Shown here one piece after another: positions 40,511-53,560 of a stretch of 64,000 nt of DNA. Made by a program: the position numbers and the translations under genes. The notes under the pieces were generated by a model. It ran no database searches. It worked only from the letters and a program-made list of their open reading frames with translations, and was not told the DNA's origin. The stretch is from Tubulanus polymorphus. Taxonomy: Eukaryota; Animalia; Nemertea. The stretch is taken from NCBI RefSeq assembly GCF_964204645.1, contig NC_134035.1, positions 12,680,451 through 12,744,450 of the forward strand. The letters are read 5' to 3'. Within the stretch, counting starts at the first letter, position 1, and each line of letters opens with the position of its first letter.

Positions 40511-42409
40511 CATTTCAAATATCGAAAAAGTCATAATTGTAGATATCTCAGCAATCAGTTGTTTGTAATTTACTTAGCTATATTCAAATGGATAGTTGAA
40601 CAATATCTATATGATGATACTCCATGTATCTTAATTGAAAAACCTTCAAAATTCTTTGCATTAAACGTAACAATGTGAAGAAAATAACGTTGATAATGTT
40701 TGAAAATCTCGGGCAAAGTTGGAAAAACTCTTATCTTGATAAATAAAGATTGATTAGCTTAATGTCAAGCTTTACAGAGTGAATCTGTAGGTTTTATGTC
40801 TAGTTTTAATGCTTGAATACAGTTCTGAGTTCACCCATTTGTAGAAATTACATGATACAAAATTTCGGTTTTCCTGTTCAAACAATGTTAATGAAATGAA
40901 ATTAGAGATTGAAATTGAAATTGTTTTATGTCCAGTTTAATGTTTACATTTTGGAGATATGTTATGCAGTTTTTTTTGTATAAACAGAATATCCTAAATC
41001 TCACATTGTCATTTGAATAGTTGATATGATTTGAATGCTTCATATTTCATGAAATAGCCAAGTGTCACTTATGCCCATGCCCGGCGAGTGACTTCATGAA
41101 TTGTCAAATTAATAGTCTTAGACATTCAGACATTCGGGATCATGAAAAATTGATGTAAGGCCTAACGTAGATAGGCGGCGAACTGGGTCAACTTTAAAGA
41201 GTCAAAATGTTAATCAAATTGATTACTTAAAATCTTACGCTTTCCAGAGTATTTGGCCAGGTTTATCTCTGGTTTTAGTGCGGGGAGCCATGGACTCTCA
41301 CAGTTTAGAGTCCATGGTTGTGGGCCATAGACGTTTCCGTCTTAGAGTCTGGTTTCACCATGGACGTATAAACTATAGTATATTGTTTATACGTCCCTGA
41401 TAGGATTGTTTTTGAAATCAGTCCACATGTTTGAGGAACTTAAGTTATGATTCCTCGAGCACAAGCCTGGCATTTTGTATAATTGTTGTATGAGAGTAAA
41501 TATAATTGTTTGAAAGTCTCTATTTTTTTAGTTGATTAGCTTCTCTGAACTTTGTTAGTTCACCAGTCAATGGTTTTCATTATCTTGCAATCCACCCCTT
41601 TTTTCAACACTATATTCCCACCAACATGGTGCAGAGACGAGTATGTCCGCAAAAGATGATAATCGATTATATCATTGGCAATACAGTTGAACACTTTAAA
41701 CCGGACACACTGACACTTGTTGACCGGTTAGAAGCGAGTGTTGAGCTGCCGAAGAATAATTGCAAAATTAACAATCTTTTTGATTGTCACTTTAGCCACC
41801 AGGGGTGGATACAGACCGTAGCCGTATTGCCCAATACGGTCTAAAATTTAAAGCACCCTGCGAAATTCCTCGGCAATGTTTTCGAGAAAATTCTCGGGCT
41901 TTTAAAAACAGCGCTGAAAACATTTAACTGAACGGCCTCCACGTTACGGGGTCAAGGGGTTCGAGGAACTGCTTTAGCTTAGTGGCAGTCCTAAGAAAAC
42001 TACCCAGTGCCACAGTTGTGAGTAAGTGTTTATGTTAATCAGAACTGTGGAACTGGACCCTTGGTTACCAGTCGGCTTACCACTTGTGGATGCTGTACAA
42101 ATTTCCTGATTTGTTAAAAAGTGCATTTCTTAAATATTTTCATGAAAAGTAGGAAAGAAATCAGGGCCTTTAGGGCTATTTAGAAAAAAAATAGCCCCAA
42201 GTAGACTTGCTATGGACCGGGTCGGTCTGACATAATCTAGTAATTGTAAAAAATAGCGATAAAATATACGATTTTTGTTGTATTCAAAAATGTTTGTGTA
42301 TTCAATCACACTTTATACATCGCTAGAACAACAAACAAACTCTTATTGACTCAATATTACAGAAAACACAGTGAAGTAACAAATCAATGACTTTTTAAAC
42401 AAAATCTTG

Positions 42410-43274
42410 TCACGAAGGTTTCTTAGACTGTTGAGATTGCAGTTTCATAGCTTCAATTTCTTTGCGGTATTTATCCCTTTCTGCTTCTAAAGTTTTTTCA
42501 AAATCCTGAAAGTAAAAACCAAAGATGATAACGAATATGATTATAAGTTTTTTCCTGAAGATGACTATATCCAGATATGGCTGGAACCTTGAATAGACAG
42601 CACTAGCTCATAGAAATGCTAGACTCTATATTTTCAATCTTAGTTCTGGATTTAAAATCATGTAACCTTTAAAAAATGGTGTAGTTTTCATGAATTGGAC
42701 ACTTAGTATCAAAATCATCCTCCCAAGGCAGGGATTCGAACCTGATGGCATCGCTACACTCAACCACAGCACGAACCCCTGCCACACTAGACCGGGTGCG
42801 TAGGTACATGCGCAGATTTGCCGCATGAAAACTTGCGGCACCGATCAGATTGCTCGTTGTATAATCGCTGAGGTAAATTTCACGGAAGAAATATAAATAG
42901 GAAAACCCTGACTAAGATAAAACGGAATATCAGATTGGCTGAAAATGACATCATCTAAGCTGGGCGTGTAGCTGCGCACTCGGTCTAGTGTGGCAGGGTT
43001 TCGTACTGTGGCAATCTCGATGCCATCAGGTTCAAATCCCTGCCGGGGAGGATGTATCAGAATTAAACTTTCACCAAAAGTCTCTGATTTCCATTGTAGC
43101 TTTTTTCCAGTGATTCATTTTCCTAACATTTAAAGACAATTTCAGCAATGATTTTTTCCAACTCACATCTAAGGGATTGTAGAACCCATGGACGATTTGA
43201 GAACCAACGAACATAGCAAGCATAGCTGAGCCAAGGAAACTGATGTATCTGGTCCATGAAGTTCCAGCAGGCAT
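42410..43274 (-). CDS. UQCC6: BRAWNIN / C12orf73 / Sloth2 complex III assembly microprotein, 67 aa
   Basis: Exons 43274-43167 (MPAGTSWTRYISFLGSAMLAMFVGSQIVHGFYNPLD, gtgagt donor) and 42505-42410 (DFEKTLEAERDKY...KKPS*); MPAG...AM..G...VH..Y.P family signature. Confidence 0.88.
42716..43054. mobile_element. divergent inverted pair of tRNA-derived SINE heads
   Basis: 42716-42815 (-) and 42959-43054 (+): ggtctagtgtgg (A-box-like)...ggttcraatccc (B box); fragment also at 18068-18102. Confidence 0.65.
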
Positions 43275-43293
43275 TGTACCGGTATTGTTCCTG

Positions 43294-43806
43294 TTACAGT
43301 TCACCAGAATCAATTTCTGCTTGAATAATCTTCTTAATTTGATTGCGTTTATAAATTCTATCTGTAAAATAGAACATGAATACATGATATCAATTTATAC
43401 TTTTTGTGAATACAGAAGACGCCTCCTCACTCTGTCTAATAGCATTTGAACTGCAGAAAATAAAATAATTTACTTGACTATCAGGCTGTCAGGGAACTAG
43501 GTAACATTGGAATTTTAATAGAATTTTAGCTGATTGACGAATCAGTGGTACTGAAGGTTTATACAAATTCTAGTGGTATTCGCCGAGTCAGGTGGGGGTC
43601 TGTCGTACAAAAATTAATTAGAATTGAATTGACGACTGTTTTGACTTACAGAAATTGACTTCCCCGACGTGCCAGCGTATCATACAAAACTCCAGACCAG
43701 CTCCCAGCAACAAGAATGCGGGCAGAAATCTATAAACACCGAATCTTTGTTTTCCGGGCCACTTATTTACGATTTTTCGAAAGAAACGATCTAATTTCGT
43801 AACCAT
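43294..43806 (-). CDS. UQCC5: SMIM4 / Sloth1 complex III assembly microprotein, 74 aa
   Basis: Exons 43806-43650 and 43361-43294 (phase 1): PGKQRFGVYRFLPAFLLLGAGLEFCMIRWHVGEVNFYRIYKR...GEL*; PGKxRFGxYRFLP signature. Confidence 0.92.
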
Positions 43807-43820
43807 TCTGCATTTTCTTG

Positions 43821-43865
43821 ACCCGGAAGTGTTTTGGTGAAGGGATATCTCCTAATGACGTCATT
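43821..43865 (-). promoter_or_regulatory. proximal promoter of UQCC5-UQCC6: ETS/GABP site and CRE palindrome
   Basis: ccggaagtg at 43823-43831 and atgacgtcat at 43855-43864, directly upstream of the ATG. Confidence 0.5.
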
Positions 43866-45434
43866 CAGACGAAATCCCCGCACGCGGGAGACACCCGCAA
43901 AATGTGACCCTAGGCAAGTTTGAGCTGCTGGAATATACTCACGTGCCAGAGGCGCAACTCCCGACGCCACAAGGACAGGTTATTTGGGGTCTCTCTCAGT
44001 TTTTGCGACAGCGCCACGGCGCTGGAGCATATTAAGTCGATCGAACCACCTGGTGTCTTCCAATACCACCACCTAGGGCGTACTCTTTTATGACCTCCGA
44101 AGTCTCCGTCCGAAATCTCCGGTTGGCTCCACACAAAATCCGAATCACACCACCTCGACAGAAAGGAGGTTTCGGAGACTCCAAAAAGTCACGTGACCAA
44201 TAAAAGAGTACGATTGGAGGCAAACGGATTCTCCGATCTGATAAAAGAGTTCGCCCCTAGTGGGCTCAAATTCAAGTTCAAATATACTTTATTGATACTC
44301 ATCATATATACTTAATTGTTACTTTATTCAATACTTTATTGTTCCCAGTACTGCAAATACATCGGATTCCCGCAATTAAGTAGACAGAACACAAATAAAA
44401 TTAAGAATCTTTTAGTATTCAGAAAACAACGTACATGTTATTATTCAACTTTAATTAGCAATGAGATAATTTTTTGCGACACTCACGCATTCCCTTTCTG
44501 GAAAGCTGATCGGCTCTTCCCTGAAAAATTGATTGCTGAATCGACGTTCCGCTAATGATGAATACTATTTTTAGATCCCCTGATTTCAAAATTCAAAAAT
44601 ATAGATTTATATGAACCTTAGGTCTACCTTGTAATTAACAAATTATTCGAAAGCAAAGATCTTGCATTCGAGTTTATTCATTTTAAGCAGTTTCTTTATT
44701 TCAAGCCCCGAATTGATTGTCTAAATCTCTTTGCTCTTCTCGTGACTTGTATTCAATTAAATTTTCTATTCTAATTCTACCATTTGTACGTGAATACTAT
44801 CAACGGTAGCATTTGTTTCTTTTCGTTTCGTTTTTCATAATGATTTTGTAATTTATTTAAATCTCCATTTTATCGCGACGGGTGCTTCCGCTTTTAAACT
44901 GTTCGTTTATTACTTCCGATTTTTTAATCTTCATTAATTCATTCATTCTTTATGACTTCTCTCTCCAAAATCGGTATAATAATGACTTTGCAAAACCACC
45001 TGTCGCAGTATATTTCCTTTTAGAAATATACCTTGTTTGGAAATATATCTGAATCACCATTATGAGTTTTCCGGTTTGCTCGGCTACCCGTACTGGCGGG
45101 GTAGTCTAGAGAGGCCAATGAAAACCCCGGTTTGCTGAACTACCCCTCTTTGCGGGGATGCGGTATGATGTTTGATCTGACAGTTTCAAGTGGTTAATGG
45201 CTGTTTCAAGTGCTTACAACGATGCTTATTACTTCGTGGTACATGGTGGTTTAAAAAAAGATTTCATAATAATACGCTCACCGCGTGGGCTTCGTAGAAA
45301 GACCACTACCTGTGGCCTTCCCAAATTTTAATTGTCCTGTCTGATTTGGTTTCATCCAATTGAGAGACTGCCTTTTCCAGTTAGGGCATTTTTGGATCAC
45401 ATAACTCAGGAAATGACTTACGCTTTTGGGCCCA

Positions 45435-48400
45435 TTCGTCGGTTCCACATGTTTCATTTGAGCTATAGACCACAATGGTGACACCATGATGGTCAGAGAC
45501 TGACCAATTGAGATATCCACGAGTCTGACCACTTGACTTCGAATTTCGGAAATTTTTCAAGTCATGTTTGTTTTCAAACTACTGAAGAATCATTGCAAAT
45601 TTATAAATGGTGTCAAACTAGAAAGGATTCGCCATCAGGACACCCCTGTGCATCCTCTATATATTCAGCATCAGGACCACTCTGAATCAGCATCAGTAAT
45701 TACTGGGTTCGAACCCGGGACACCCCGGTACATCCTCCATTAAGCATCAGGGCCACTCGTTCAAACCCAGTAATTGCTGATACTGATTCAGAGTGGTTCT
45801 GATGCTGAATAGAGAATGTACAGGGGTGTCCCAGGTTCAAACCCAGTAATTACTGATACTGATTCAGAGTGGTCCTGATGCTGAATATATAGAGGATGTA
45901 CAGGGGTGTCCTGAATCTGTTATCAGTTATTACTTTTGTTAAGATATCAACATTTTACCGTACGGTGCTGTCTCTACGCTCATCGTTAGCGGGATTTTTA
46001 TACACTAACGTTAGTCAACTCTGGCAAGCTAAGGTCACGGAGTATAACTGGACAGCACGTCGATTGCCAGAGCTGACTTTAGTTAGTGTATGAAAATCCC
46101 GCTAACGATGAGCATAGCGGCAGCACTGTACGGTCTGGACACCCCTGTACACCCTTTATTCAACATCAGGACAACTCTGAATCAGTATCAGTAATTACTG
46201 GGTTTGAACCTGGGACACCCCTGTACATTCTCTATTCAGCATCAGTACCACTCTGAACCAGTATCATTAATTACTGGGTTCGAACCTGGGACACCCCTGT
46301 TCATCTTTTATCCATCACGACCACTCTGAATCAGTATCAGCAATTACTGGGTTTGAACGCGGGACAGCCCTGTTCATCCTCTATTCAGCATCAGGACCAC
46401 TCTGAACCAGTATCAGTAATTACTGGGTTCGAACCTTAGAGACGATCAGGAGGTCATCGGCTACATTTACCGAAAGCATGAAGAAAATAAAAACAATGAT
46501 TTTTACAAGAGAAACACAAATCTCATGTAATTAATCATGTAATGTTAACACCAAAAGAAGGATACTGGGTGCCACTTTTAAAGGCAAAGTTAACTATTCA
46601 GGACTCTGCTTCTGTATATAAAAATCAAACCGATCATCAGTGGAAATATCTAATTAGCGGGTGGTGAAATATATATGCCGTCACAAAATATTGCCGAAGG
46701 GCACTTAAATTTTAGACCGTACGAACAATGTATTGGGCAATACGGTCTGGATCCGCCCCTGAGTGCTTTAGTGACAATCAAAAAGATTGCTAATTTCGTA
46801 ATTACTCTTCGGCAGCTCAACACTCGCTTCTAACCGGTCAACAAGTGTTAGTGTGTCCGGGTTGAAGGTAAGCTGTATTGCCAATATTCGATTATCATGT
46901 TTTCCGGACATCCTCGTCTCCGCACAATGTTGGTGGGAATATTGGTTTGAAAAAAGAGGTGGATTGCAAGATAACAAAAAACCACTGACTGGTGAACTAA
47001 CAAAGTTCAGACAGAGTAGCTAAACAGATAAAGAATTTCAATCATATTTATTCTCATACAGTGTACAACAATCATACAAAATGCCAGGTTTGTGCTCGAG
47101 GAATTATAACGTAAGCTCCTCAAACACGTGGACTGTATTTCAAAAACAGTCCAACCATGGATGTATAAACTATAAACTAGAGTTTATACATCCATGGTCC
47201 AACCATAGACTCTAAAACAGAAACGTCTATGGCCTACAACCATGGACTCACGAGTCCATGGCTCCCCGCACTAAAACCAGAGATAAACCTGGCCAAATAC
47301 TCTGGAAAGCGTAGGATTAAGTAATCAATCTGATTTACATTTTTACATCATTTTATTTTCACATATCATATTATTAACTTTTAGCTTATTTTCTCAAATT
47401 TTAATAGTAATTTCATTTCTATTACTATGAATGAAATTGTAATAACTCTAAACCACAAAAGTAACATGTAAAGTATTTCGAAGTTTTAATATACAATACA
47501 TCTCCACTACTACTGATTTTATACAATTTGCATCAATAGGAAAATAACAAAAATACACAAAGAATTATAAACTTTTATCCATAAAACACAGAACATTGCC
47601 AAATTTTCCTCGTCTTTAATAGATTTCTTCAAACATTATCAACTAGCTTATTTCACAAATGTTACATTTGAAATAAAGCAGGGTCTGATCTAAGCACTAG
47701 TTCAATTGCCCGGGACAAGTATATTTTCATTAGGGCAAGTAGGTTATCATTATCGCTCATCCACCGGGCTTGTGTAATTCTATATCTCAAAGCTTTTATC
47801 CCACTCGATGCAAGGGATGATAGTGTCACAATCGGACTGCTCATGTAGGGCACGTTGAGGGGGCAAGCGATATTACATATTATGCTTGCCCTGCGGTCGA
47901 ATGGCATTTATTCCTTAGATCAAACCCTGCAAACTATTATAAAGGAAATTCTTCTTGTCCAGACATTACAGGCCCCACACAGACGCGGTTAAACCGATAA
48001 TCAAAACAAAGCTTGGACGATTGACCAATTAGCACTGCATCCACAAGTTATCCTCTATTTTCAACAGGGCCTTAATTAAATCAGTATTTTATGAACGACT
48101 GATAAGCACCAAAGTGAAATTGTTGCTATAAAACTTAACAACTGAAAAGGTGTAAGATATCCCTCGGTTCGTCGGTTCCACATATTTCATTTGAGCTATA
48201 GACCACAATGGTGACACCATGATGGTCAGAAACTGACCAATTGAGATATCCCCGAGTCTGACCACTTGACTTCGAACTTCGGAAATTTTTCAAGTCATGT
48301 TTGTTTTCAAACTACTGAAGAATCATTGCAAATTCATAAACTGACCATCACTGACCACCACTGACAAATTCAAACTCCTTGAATTTGAAAACTATATACC

Positions 48401-51147
48401 GCGTTATGGTGTCAAACTAGAAATGATTCGCCATAAATATTGAGAATTCATAAATTGACCATCACTGACCACCACTGACCAATTCATGCTTCACGAATAT
48501 GAGAACGATATACATGTACGAAGTTACGGTGTCAAACTAGAAAGGATTCGCCATCAGGACACCCCTGTACATCCTCTATATATTCAGCATCAGGACCACT
48601 CTGAATCAGCATCAGTATTCACTGGGTTCGAACCCGGGACACCCCGGTACATCCTCCATTAAGCATCAGGGCCACTCGTTCAAACCCAGTAATTGCTGAT
48701 ACTGATTCAGAGTGGTTCTGATGCTGAATAGAGAATGTAAAGGGGTGTCCCAGGTTCAAACCCAGTAATTACTGATGCTGATTCAGAGTGGTCCTGATGC
48801 TGAATATATAGAGGATGTACAGGGGTGTCCTGAATCTGTTATCAGTTATTACTTTTGTTAAGATATCAACATTTTTACCGTACGGTGCTGTCTCTACGCT
48901 CATCGTTAGCGGGATTTTTATACACTAACGTTAGTCAACTCTGGCAAGCTAAGGTCACGGAGTATAACTGGACAGCACGTCGATTGCCAGAGCTGACTTC
49001 AGTTAGTGTATGAAAATCCCGCTAACGATGAGCATAGCGGCAGCACTGTACGGTCTGGACACCCCTGTACATCCTTTATTCAACATCAGGACAACTCTGA
49101 ATCAGTATCAGTAATTACTGGGTTTGAACCTGGGACACCCCTGTACATTCTCTATTCAGCATCAGTACCACTCTGAACCAGTATCATTAATTACTGGGTT
49201 CGAACCTGGGACACCCCTGTTCATCTTTTATCCATCACGACCACTCTGAATCAGTATCAGCAATTGCTGGGTTTGAACGCGGGACAGCCCTGTTCATCCT
49301 CTACTCAGCATCAGTACCACTCTGAATCAGTATCAGTTATTACTGGATTCGAACCCGGGACACCCCTGTGCATCCTCTATTCAGCATCAGGACCACTCTG
49401 AACCAGTATCAGTAATTACTGGGTTCGAACCTTAGAGACGATCAGGAGGTCATCGGCTACATTTACCGAAAGCATGAAGAAAATAAAAACAATGATTTTT
49501 ACAAGAGAAACACAAATCTCATGTAATTAATCATGTAATGTTAACACCAAAAGAAGGATACTGGGTGCCACTTTTAAAGGCAAAGTTAACTATTCAGGAC
49601 TCTGCTTCTGTATATAAAAATCAAACCGATCATCAGTGGAAATATCTAATTAGCGGGTGGTGAAATATATATGCCGTCACAAAATATTGCCGAAGGGCAC
49701 TTAAATTTTAGACCGTACGAACAATGTATTGGGCAATACGGTCTGGATCCGCCCCTGAGTGCTTTAGTGACAATCAAAAAGATTGCTAATTTCGTAATTA
49801 CTCTTCGGCAGCTCAACACTCGCTTCTAACCGGTCAACAAGTGTTAGTGTGTCCGGGTTGAAGGTAAGCTGTATTGCCAATATTCGATTATCATGTTTTC
49901 CGGACATCCTCGTCTCCGCACAATGTTGGTGGGAATATTGGTTTGAAAAAAGAGGTGGATTGCAAGATAACAAAAAACCACTGACTGGTGAACTAACAAA
50001 GTTCAGACAGAGTAGCTAAACAGATAAAGAATTTCAATCATATTTATTCTCATACAGTGTACAACAATCATACAAAATGCCAGGTTTGTGCTCGAGGAAT
50101 TATAACGTAAGCTCCTCAAACACGTGGACTGTATTTCAAAAACAGTCCAACCATGGATGTATAAACTATAAACTAGAGTTTATACATCCATGGTCCAACC
50201 ATAGACTCTAAAACAGAAACGTCTATGGCCTACAACCATGGACTCACGAGTCCATGGCTCCCCGCACTAAAACCAGAGATAAACCTGGCCAAATACTCTG
50301 GAAAGCGTAGGATTAAGTAATCAATCTGATTTACATTTTTACATCATTTTATTTTCACATATCATATTATTAACTTTTAGCTTATTTTCTCAAATTCTAA
50401 TAGTAATTTTATTTCTATTACTATGAATGAAATAGTAATAACTCTAAACCACAAAAGTAACATGTAAAGTATTTCGAAGTTTTAATATACAATACATCTC
50501 CACTACTACTGATTTTATACAATTTGCATCAATAGGAAAATAACAAAAATACACAAAGAATTATAAACTTTTATCCATAAAACACAGAACATTGCCAAAT
50601 TTTCCTTGTCTTTAAGAGATTTCTTCAAACATTATCAACTAGTTTATTTCACAAATGTTACATTTGAAATAAAGCAGGGTCTGATCTAAGCACTAGTTCA
50701 ATTGCCCGGGACAAGTATATTTTCATTAGGGCAAGTAGGTTATCATTATCGCTCATCCACCGGGCTTGTGTAATTCTATATCTCAAAGCTTTTATCCCAC
50801 TCGATGCAAGGGATGATAGTGTCACAATGGGACTGCTCATGTAAGGCACGTTGAGGGGGCAAGCGATATTACATATTATGCTTGCCCTGCGGTCGAATGG
50901 CATTTATTCCTTAGATCAAACCCTGCAAACTATTATAAAGGAAATTCTTCTTGTCCAGACATTACAGGCCCCACACAGACGCGGTTAAACCGATAATCAA
51001 AACAAAGCTTGGACGATTGACCAATTAGCACTGCATCCACAAGTTATCCTCTATTTTCGACAGGGCCCTAATTAAATCAGTATTTTATGAACGACTGATA
51101 AGCACCAAAGTGAAATTGTTGCTATAAAACTTAACAACTGAAAAGGT
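45435..51147. repeat. recent ~2.7/3.0-kb direct tandem duplication
   Basis: 45435-48150 and 48168-51147 are near-identical apart from repeat-unit copy number; 17-bp filler at the junction. Confidence 0.93.
45638..46435. repeat. ~75-bp B-box-containing repeat array with internal inversion and central palindrome (duplicate at 48556-49431)
   Basis: ggacacccctgtacat...ctgggttcgaacc units in both orientations; ~70-bp-arm palindrome at 45957-46134. Confidence 0.85.
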
Positions 51148-52904
51148 TCAACATGAATGATGAAAATGTACATAGTTTTATTCACACAACAATAATATCT
51201 TAATCGAGGAATCATCATGTAAGTTCCTAATTTACAAACACGAGAACTGTATTACAATAACAGTCTCTAACATAAAGCGTTAAAACTAGAGATGAAACAT
51301 ACCGATTCACTCCAGAAGTCTTGGAGTATCAATTTATCACTCTTAATTTCTTTTTCGTAAACATTACTTACACTTGAAAACTAGAATTTTGCCAACTTTG
51401 CCCCGACTTAAAGATTTTCAAGCACCTTGGCATTAAATACTAACTATTCTGACGTTTTTTCTTCCAGTTTCGAAAACATCAACATAATTATACAATCGGT
51501 AACTAATCGATAACATCAATAACTTAAGTTTATAGCTGTTTTAAATTCTTTCTAAAAAGTAAAATGTATGTACATGATTTTAGATAGTAAGTCTGCCCCG
51601 TAAGTCTACCCCAGTATCAACAACTATTTTTATACTCCATTCCACGCAATCAGGTAAATTTTTTAAACTATGTTACCTATCAGACTGGTCTGAAAAAGGG
51701 TGATATTAGTAAAAAAATCAATACTTTACTACAGAGGTCTTTGCCGCTGCTAGATCTCAGTGTTCATGAGATAAACCATTGTCTTTGCTGCTTCGGTGTT
51801 TATCCTGAATCAGATTTTATAAGATAATCCATTGTCTTTGCTGCGCGAATCAGTGTTAATAAGATACACTATCATCTCTGCTGCTCCTGATAAAATGTTT
51901 TATAGAAATCAACCATCGATTGTAGAAGATTCCATCGTTGAGTGATTAATCCGTCGCTGGCTCCTAAACTTCTCATCTGGGCTTCTGCAGTTTTCATCAG
52001 CAAATGGGTCAACTTGTGTCTTCTTCAGACCATTATTTCCGAGATGTAGTTTGACTGAAACAAAGTGAAGAAAGCAAAACATTTTAGACAGATTTATCAT
52101 AACTTACATGTCATTTCAAATTACAAGCCACCGTGTTTTTCACTTAGTTAATATAGTTATTTCCAAAATCAGAATTAGGTTCATTGACGTCAATTGCCGA
52201 TTTAAACCCCAATAAATAATTGCAGTAGTAGGACTAGTTCATCAATGTTTAAGCTTGGAGTAATCATTTGAAAAATTTATTACTCCAAGGTGCAAGACTA
52301 GAAAAGATAAAAGTTCTAAGATCAGCCATGTGGACAGGTAAATAGATTTCGATGATAATCACTTATCAAATGATATTCATATGAGGCCTGAAATTTCTAT
52401 ATACCGGTAATTTCCATCTAATGAGTTTGATTCTTCTGTGGGTTGTTCAAATCCGTAGATTTCAGATGAGTAGTTGATTTTAAGCTGGTCTCTTTCTTAT
52501 AGTTGAAACTTAGCTGCAATGAGTAAATAAATATATCCTGTAATCACGACATTTAGAAATCATCGTAATAACTCCATGTATATCAAGTTACCTTTTATGA
52601 TTGCTGGTTTCATCATCGACGAGGATCTCCTAAGTTGGTTGGTTTCTGTGCACTGTTTTCTCTAATTGGCAGATTTTTGATGAGTTGTTGACCTCAACCT
52701 CAAGCTCTCGTTTGACTATTCAAGTTGGTGTCCCGTACAAACCTACCACACCTGGCGGGAGCGATACGGCGGTTTTTTTCAAAATCGGAAATCGAAGTAC
52801 AGATATAGTTGCGTGATCGGCGGTCGTTTTTACAGATCTTTTTTTTTTAAGTCCAAGAACATAATTGGTAATTCGGTTCCGGTTCATTCAAACAATCTTT
52901 TATT

Positions 52905-53560
52905 CTGCCTAATTCTGATTTTGGAAATAACTATATTGTTGAAGATAATTTTACAATATTTGGTCTTTTTTTAATGTAACTAGTCCGAAAGTTTACAATG
53001 TTTAATAATTTTGTCTAACTTCAATTTTTTTGGTCGTTTTCACCGTTTAAATAGTCGAAGCACATATTAAGTGACTGATTGGGGTTAACTTTTTTTCTGC
53101 CTAATTTAATACATCGAGATTTTGGAAATAACTATATATTACAATATTTGGTCTTGTTTTCATGTAACTAGTCCGAAAGTTTACAAGGTTGAATAATTTT
53201 ATCTATTTTTTTTCTGCCTTATTTAATACATCAAGATTTTGGAAATAACTATATTTTACAATATTTTGTCTTTTTTTCATGTAACTAGTCCGAAAGTTTA
53301 CAAGGTTGAATAATTTTATCTATTTTTTTCTGCCTAATTTAATACATCGAGATTTAGGAAATAACTATATTTTACAATATTTGGTCTTTTTTTCATGTAA
53401 CTAGTCCGAAAGTTTACAAGGTTGAATAATTTTATCTATTTTTTTCTGCCTAATTTAATACATCGAGACTTTGGAAATAACTATATTTTACAATATTTGG
53501 TCTTTTTTTCATGTAACTAGTCCGAAAGTTTACAAGGTGGGAGAATTTTGTCTAACTTTA
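52905..53560. repeat. ~120-bp AT-rich tandem repeat, ~5 copies
   Basis: ttggaaataactatatt...atgtaactagtccgaaagtttacaa recurs. Confidence 0.9.

Noticed and set aside
41626-41844. ORF similar to 46768-46977 and 49764-49973
   Set aside because: Similarity comes from DNA duplication; frames differ between copies and lie past the poly(A)-like signal.
42959-43054. possible tRNA gene
   Set aside because: Has A/B boxes but no acceptor stem or cloverleaf; multi-copy SINE head.
44330-45165. minus-strand AFQKGNA peptide and small hairpins suggesting an RLE-type retrotransposon relic
   Set aside because: Too short and no continuous ORF; cannot be supported without a search.
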